Source: Gammaproteobacteria bacterium (lineage in GTDB: Bacteria > Pseudomonadota > Gammaproteobacteria > CBDBNL01 > JAAOII01). Taken from it: a DNA stretch of 64,000 nucleotides. Below the pieces are notes generated by a model that had not been told where the DNA came from, searched no databases, and was given only the letters and a program-made list of their open reading frames with translations. The position numbers and the translations under genes are program-made. This document shows, piece by piece, positions 59,716 through 64,000 of this stretch (position 1 is the stretch's first letter; each line of letters begins with the position of its first letter). The stretch covers positions 1,088,001-1,152,000 of the forward strand of contig OZ242372.1 of assembly GCA_965209035.1 (NCBI GenBank), in the 5' to 3' direction.

Positions 59716-59821
59716 AAGTTGTTTTTGATTTGGTAAAAAGATAAAAAATCTCAGGCGATCCGCGTTATGATTATTCTCGGTCTTCTCAGCCTTCTCAGAC
59801 CTCCCGGTCTTCCCGGGCTTC

Positions 59822-60643
59822 TCAGTCTTCCGGGCGCAGCAGCGCGTTGATACCCACCTTGGCACGCGTGCGCGCATCGGCGCGCTTCATAATGAGCGCC
59901 GCATAGCGGGAAAACTTGCCACTCTTGTCGGGCAGATTGCCGGGTATCACCACCGAATTTTTCGGCACCTTGCCGTAGATAATCTCGTCGTGTTCGCGAT
60001 CGTAAATCGGGGTACTCTGCCCGATGTAAACGCCCATGGAAATCACCGCCCCTTCTTCCACGATGACTCCTTCCACAATTTCCGATCTTGCGCCGATGAA
60101 ACAGTTGTCTTCAATGATGGTGGGGTTGGCTTGCAGCGGTTCCAGAACGCCGCCAATGCCGACACCGCCGGAGAGATGCACATTTTTACCAATCTGCGCG
60201 CAGGAGCCGACCGTCGCCCAGGTGTCCACCATAGTTCCGGCATCGACGTAAGCGCCAATATTAATGTAGGACGGCATAAGCACCGTGTTTTCGGCAATGT
60301 AGGTTGCCTCGCGTGCCAGGGCACCGGGGACAACACGCACCTTTTCGGACTCAAATCGTTTCTCATCGTAATCGGCAAACTTCGGTTTCAGTTTGTCGTA
60401 GTAACGCGTGAAGCCGGCATCCGAAACCCGATTCGGACGCAAACGGAAGGAAAGCAGAATCGCTTGCTTGACCCAAGTATGCACCCGCCAGCCGTCCGCG
60501 CCGGGTTCCGCCACGCGCAATTCGCCGGTGCCTATCCGGCGCAGTGCCTCTTCCGTCGCCTCGCCGGCGGCTGCGGACAATGTCTCGGTCCGGTAGGCTT
60601 CCTCAATAATCGCGCGCAGTGCGTCTCGGTCCGTGCGGTTCAT
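59822..60643 (-). CDS. dapD: Tetrahydrodipicolinate N-succinyltransferase
   Basis: [34 protein letters not shown]. Confidence 0.98.
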   Translation of the reverse strand: MNRTDRDALRAIIEEAYRTETLSAAAGEATEEALRRIGTGELRVAEPGADGWRVHTWVKQAILLSFRLRPNRVSDAGFTRYYDKLKPKFADYDEKRFESEKVRVVPGALAREATYIAENTVLMPSYINIGAYVDAGTMVDTWATVGSCAQIGKNVHLSGGVGIGGVLEPLQANPTIIEDNCFIGARSEIVEGVIVEEGAVISMGVYIGQSTPIYDREHDEIIYGKVPKNSVVIPGNLPDKSGKFSRYAALIMKRADARTRAKVGINALLRPED

Positions 60644-61497
60644 TTGGCGGCGGGTTTTTTGGAAGGGTCTTTATCAAGGGATGCCTCCGGGGATGCATCA
60701 GGGGATGCCCCGAGAGATGCCCCTGCGGACACATTGGAGGATGTTTTGCGGGATGCTCTCAGACACAGGCCCAAAGAGAAGGCAAGGACGGACTGAAAAA
60801 ATTCCACCAAGTGTGTCTCTTTGTCGTCCCCGCCAAAGCGGTCGGCATCCGCGCTGAAAAAGCACAGGAGTCCGAGACAAGCACGCGCCGAGTGGAGCGG
60901 CAAACAAAGATAGGAAGACACCGGCGATACCTTGCTGCCGCCCAGGGCGTCTTGCAACAATTCGGACATATCGCGCCCGTAAACGGGGGATTTCTCGCGC
61001 AATATATCCGTCACTTCGCGCATCATCGCTGCGGGACGCTTTTGCAGATACAGCGGGGATTTGGGGACGCGCTTGAACAGGATAAAAGAATAGTGTTCCG
61101 TGCCGAGATCCTCTCTGAGCAGATGATCCAACACCAACGCCAACTTTTGCGTGTCGCCGGCGGCAAGAAGCGCAAGGCAGCCGCGATGCATCTTGAGCAT
61201 CAGTTGGTAATTGCGAGAGGCGGTCATGCGATCGCGCTCCGTTTGATCGCGCCGTTGCTCCGCCTCTCGGCGCAGCATCTTGTTTTGATAATCGGTCAGC
61301 GAAACAACATTACTATGGTGGTTACTATGGTCGTCATCGGGAAAGAGAAGGTTCTTTACCACTTCCCGGCTTCTCTTGCTCTCGGTGAGGAAAAAATCCG
61401 GGTGAGCGGCAAGGTGATCCAGCACCTTGGCGCGGCTCAGCCGATTGGCGACCGGTGCGGCTGTCTTCTTTTTTGTTTTCGGTTGGCGAACTGGCAT
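60640..61497 (-). CDS. DUF484 (YigA-like) protein
   Basis: [13 protein letters not shown], position downstream of dapF. Confidence 0.8.
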   Translation of the reverse strand: MPVRQPKTKKKTAAPVANRLSRAKVLDHLAAHPDFFLTESKRSREVVKNLLFPDDDHSNHHSNVVSLTDYQNKMLRREAEQRRDQTERDRMTASRNYQLMLKMHRGCLALLAAGDTQKLALVLDHLLREDLGTEHYSFILFKRVPKSPLYLQKRPAAMMREVTDILREKSPVYGRDMSELLQDALGGSKVSPVSSYLCLPLHSARACLGLLCFFSADADRFGGDDKETHLVEFFQSVLAFSLGLCLRASRKTSSNVSAGASLGASPDASPEASLDKDPSKKPAAK

Positions 61498-61506
61498 ATG
61501 CTTATT

Positions 61507-62430
61507 TTAAGGCAAAATACCCCGATATGCACGGTGCACCCGGCTACGCATGTAAATTATTTTATTCCGGCAGCCGACCAGAGCGCGACCGCCGAGATTG
61601 TGCACCGTCACTTCCGAACGCACCATTCTTTTTTCCATGGCCAGGGCGGCGGCGGCACAGGAATTGGAACCGCATGCCAGCGTGGGACCGCTCCCCCGTT
61701 CGTATGTACGCAAAATGAGGTTGTCGCGATCGGCAACAAACACAAAGCCCACATTGGCTCCGGCGGCCAACGCCGGATGCCGAGCCAATTGCTCGCCGTA
61801 TGCGGCCAGCATCGCATCGGGACCGGCCGCACCGGTTCGCTGCGAGGCAAACACGATTAAGTGCGGATTACCGACAGACACAGGCCAGACGGTCAATTTA
61901 GTTCTTGCGGCGCCGGCTTGCCGGGCGGCGGGAGGATAAGCAGCGTCCGGTTCCAAACACAAGGACTCGGCCAGTGTCGGATTTTTTTGTGCGCGCACTT
62001 TGCCGGGAGTAAAAACGGATTGCCAACTCATATCCGGTTTGTCCAAATACGAAGTGATATTACCCCGCCCCGCCCCTTCCACCCGGGCAAGACCGCCTGC
62101 GGTTTCCACCGCCAAGGAATCGCGCATCGTCAAGCCGACGGCGCGCACAAAGACATAGAAACAACGCAGTCCGTTACCGCATTGGCCGGCTTCGCTGCCG
62201 TCGGCATTGTAAATGCGCATAAAAAAATCGGCATCTTCTCGGCGCGGCGGCTCCGCACACAATAACTGGTCAAAGCCGATGCCCTGGTGGCGGTTGGCCC
62301 AACTGCGGATTATTTTCGGTTGTATGGGCATGGGCGCGGGCATGGACAGGGCACCGCACCGAATGCCGTCCGTCAGCATAAAGTCGTTGCCGAGCGTATG
62401 CATCTTGAAAAAAGGAGTTCCGATCTTCAT
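61507..62430 (-). CDS. dapF: Diaminopimelate epimerase
   Basis: KMHTLGNDF, GIGFDQ, QCGNG, GNPH, ERGSGPTLACGS. Confidence 0.95.
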   Translation of the reverse strand: MKIGTPFFKMHTLGNDFMLTDGIRCGALSMPAPMPIQPKIIRSWANRHQGIGFDQLLCAEPPRREDADFFMRIYNADGSEAGQCGNGLRCFYVFVRAVGLTMRDSLAVETAGGLARVEGAGRGNITSYLDKPDMSWQSVFTPGKVRAQKNPTLAESLCLEPDAAYPPAARQAGAARTKLTVWPVSVGNPHLIVFASQRTGAAGPDAMLAAYGEQLARHPALAAGANVGFVFVADRDNLILRTYERGSGPTLACGSNSCAAAALAMEKRMVRSEVTVHNLGGRALVGCRNKIIYMRSRVHRAYRGILP

Positions 62431-62914
62431 TTTGATTTTGTTATTCTTTTATCTTTCATTTTTTATCTCTCGCCCCTCAATCCTCACTCTTCATTCCGCC
62501 GGCAAGATCTCCCCGGCAAGAAGATCGGCAAGGGTCTCGCGGCGGCGGATCAGAAAATGGCGGTCGCCGCGCACCGGGACTTCCGCCGCCCGCGGTCGGC
62601 TATTATAATTGGATGCCATGCTCATCGCATAGGCACCGCAATCGGCAATATGAAGGCGTTGCCGAGTGTGTGCATCTTGAAAAAAGGAGCTCCGATCTTC
62701 ATTTTGATTTTGTTATTCTTTTATCTTTCATTTTTTATCTCTCGCCCCTCAATCCTCACTATTCATTCCGCCGGCAAGATCTCCCCGGCAAGAAGATCGG
62801 CAAGGGTCTCGCGGCGGCGGATCAGAAAGTGGCGGTCGCCGCGTACCAGGACCTCCGCCGCCCGCGGCCGGCTGTTGTAATTGGATGCCATGCTCATCGC
62901 ATAGGCGCCGCAAT
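62385..62914. repeat. Diverged 272-bp tandem duplication of the lysA-dapF junction
   Basis: 62385-62642 vs 62657-62914; leaves an extra lysA 3' end and an extra dapF 5' stub. Confidence 0.9.
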
Positions 62915-64000
62915 CTTCAATTGCCAAGAGGTCTCCCTGGCGCAGATTCAAACGCTGCGAGCGTGCCAAAAAATCGGCACTCTCGCAGACGGGGCCGACC
63001 AGGTCAAACTCCCGCGGGGCTTCCTCCCGCTCTTCACCGCTGACCCGAAGCACCGAGTGGTGTGCGCCGTAAAGAGCCGGACGCGGGAGGTCATTCATCG
63101 CGGCATCCGCGATGGCAAAGTTTTTTTCTTTGGTTTCCTTCAGATACTCAACGCGCGTTAACAGAATACCGGCATGTGCGACCAGGCTGCGTCCCGGCTC
63201 TATGATGAAATGCACGCGCCGGCGATGCTCCCAGTCGTCAAAGACTCTCAGAATCTTGGGGAGGTCCGTCAACGGAAACGCTTCCTCGCCGGGTTGATAA
63301 GAAATACCGAAGCCGCCTCCCAAACTGAGGTGCGGGACAAAAATACCATGGTTTGCCAGTTCGTCATAGGCAAGACGCAAGTTTTCCGCCGAACGCACAA
63401 AGGGATGGAGATCGCGGATTTGAGAGCCGATGTGGCTGCCGATGCCGTCAAGGCGCAGAAACGGCGATTCTTTGAGTTGTTGTGCAACTGCCAAGACCTC
63501 GTCCGCGGCAATGCCGAACTTGTCATCGCCGCCGCCGGTGCGAATGTGCCGGTGCGTTTCGGGACGAACATCCGGATTAATGCGCAGGAGAACACCCGCC
63601 TGTTTTTTCAGGGGCTTATTTGACTTGTTGGACTTGTTTAAGGACGATGCCACTTGTACCAGACGCTCGCCTTCGGCGGCCGACTCAACCCCGATATGCC
63701 CAATTCCTTTTTGAATAGCAGCCTCCAATTCCTCGGTTGTCTTGCCAACCCCGTAAAAAATAACCTTGTCGGCCGGGACACCCAGACGCAATACTCGCTC
63801 CAATTCGCCGCCGGAAACCACATCAAAACCGCAACCCATGTCTTTGAGAATGCGTAAGATCGCCCCGTTGGAATTGGCCTTGACCGCATAGCGGATTTCG
63901 GTTTGAGTGCCGCGTAAGATTTTTTGATATGCGGTACATGCGTCGCGCACCGATTGCTCGGAATAAACAAACAAGGGCGTGCCGTAGGTCCGCGCAAGTT
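62763..64000 (-). CDS. lysA: Diaminopimelate decarboxylase (5' end outside the window)
   Basis: [41 protein letters not shown]. Confidence 0.97.
   Translation of the reverse strand, partial: LARTYGTPLFVYSEQSVRDACTAYQKILRGTQTEIRYAVKANSNGAILRILKDMGCGFDVVSGGELERVLRLGVPADKVIFYGVGKTTEELEAAIQKGIGHIGVESAAEGERLVQVASSLNKSNKSNKPLKKQAGVLLRINPDVRPETHRHIRTGGGDDKFGIAADEVLAVAQQLKESPFLRLDGIGSHIGSQIRDLHPFVRSAENLRLAYDELANHGIFVPHLSLGGGFGISYQPGEEAFPLTDLPKILRVFDDWEHRRRVHFIIEPGRSLVAHAGILLTRVEYLKETKEKNFAIADAAMNDLPRPALYGAHHSVLRVSGEEREEAPREFDLVGPVCESADFLARSQRLNLRQGDLLAIEDCGAYAMSMASNYNSRPRAAEVLVRGDRHFLIRRRETLADLLAGEILPAE

Noticed and set aside
59716-59877. N-terminal extension of the RidA ORF
   Set aside because: It overlaps dapD and a microrepeat; family homology starts at 59715
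1-64000. tRNA, rRNA, prophage or integrase genes
   Set aside because: No cloverleaf, rRNA signature, phage structural gene or intact recombinase was recognised by eye

Overview
Bacterial chromosomal window, most likely gamma/beta-proteobacterial (lysA-dapF-DUF484-dapD order). About 1-33 kb is a defence/accessory island: orphan DNA methyltransferase, DUF4209/HEPN-like protein, EVE-like/NucS nuclease, six tandem TPR genes (one disrupted), type ISP restriction-modification enzyme, GmrSD-like DUF262-DUF1524 protein, HARE-HTH/GIY-YIG/2xRAMA-like protein, two paralogous beta-barrels and an NYN (LabA/DUF88) RNase gene. The NYN gene has three copies on each side of a ~100-bp unit made of a -10 box, two hairpins and a terminator. 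The unit occurs as two sequence types whose differences preserve base pairing. This NYN plus small-RNA array is the best candidate for an undescribed system (type III toxin-antitoxin-like). 33-40 kb is a sugar-acid/D-amino-acid catabolic cluster. 40-56 kb holds three FN3/TSP3/GLUG lipoproteins, IS481-like remnants, an orphan metal-ABC permease and four Panacea (SocA/DUF4065) antitoxin copies with membrane-protein partners. 56-64 kb is housekeeping (dapE, glmS, RidA, dapD, DUF484, dapF, lysA). Tandem duplications and short slippage repeats occur throughout. All family calls come from motif recognition by eye; no database search was run.
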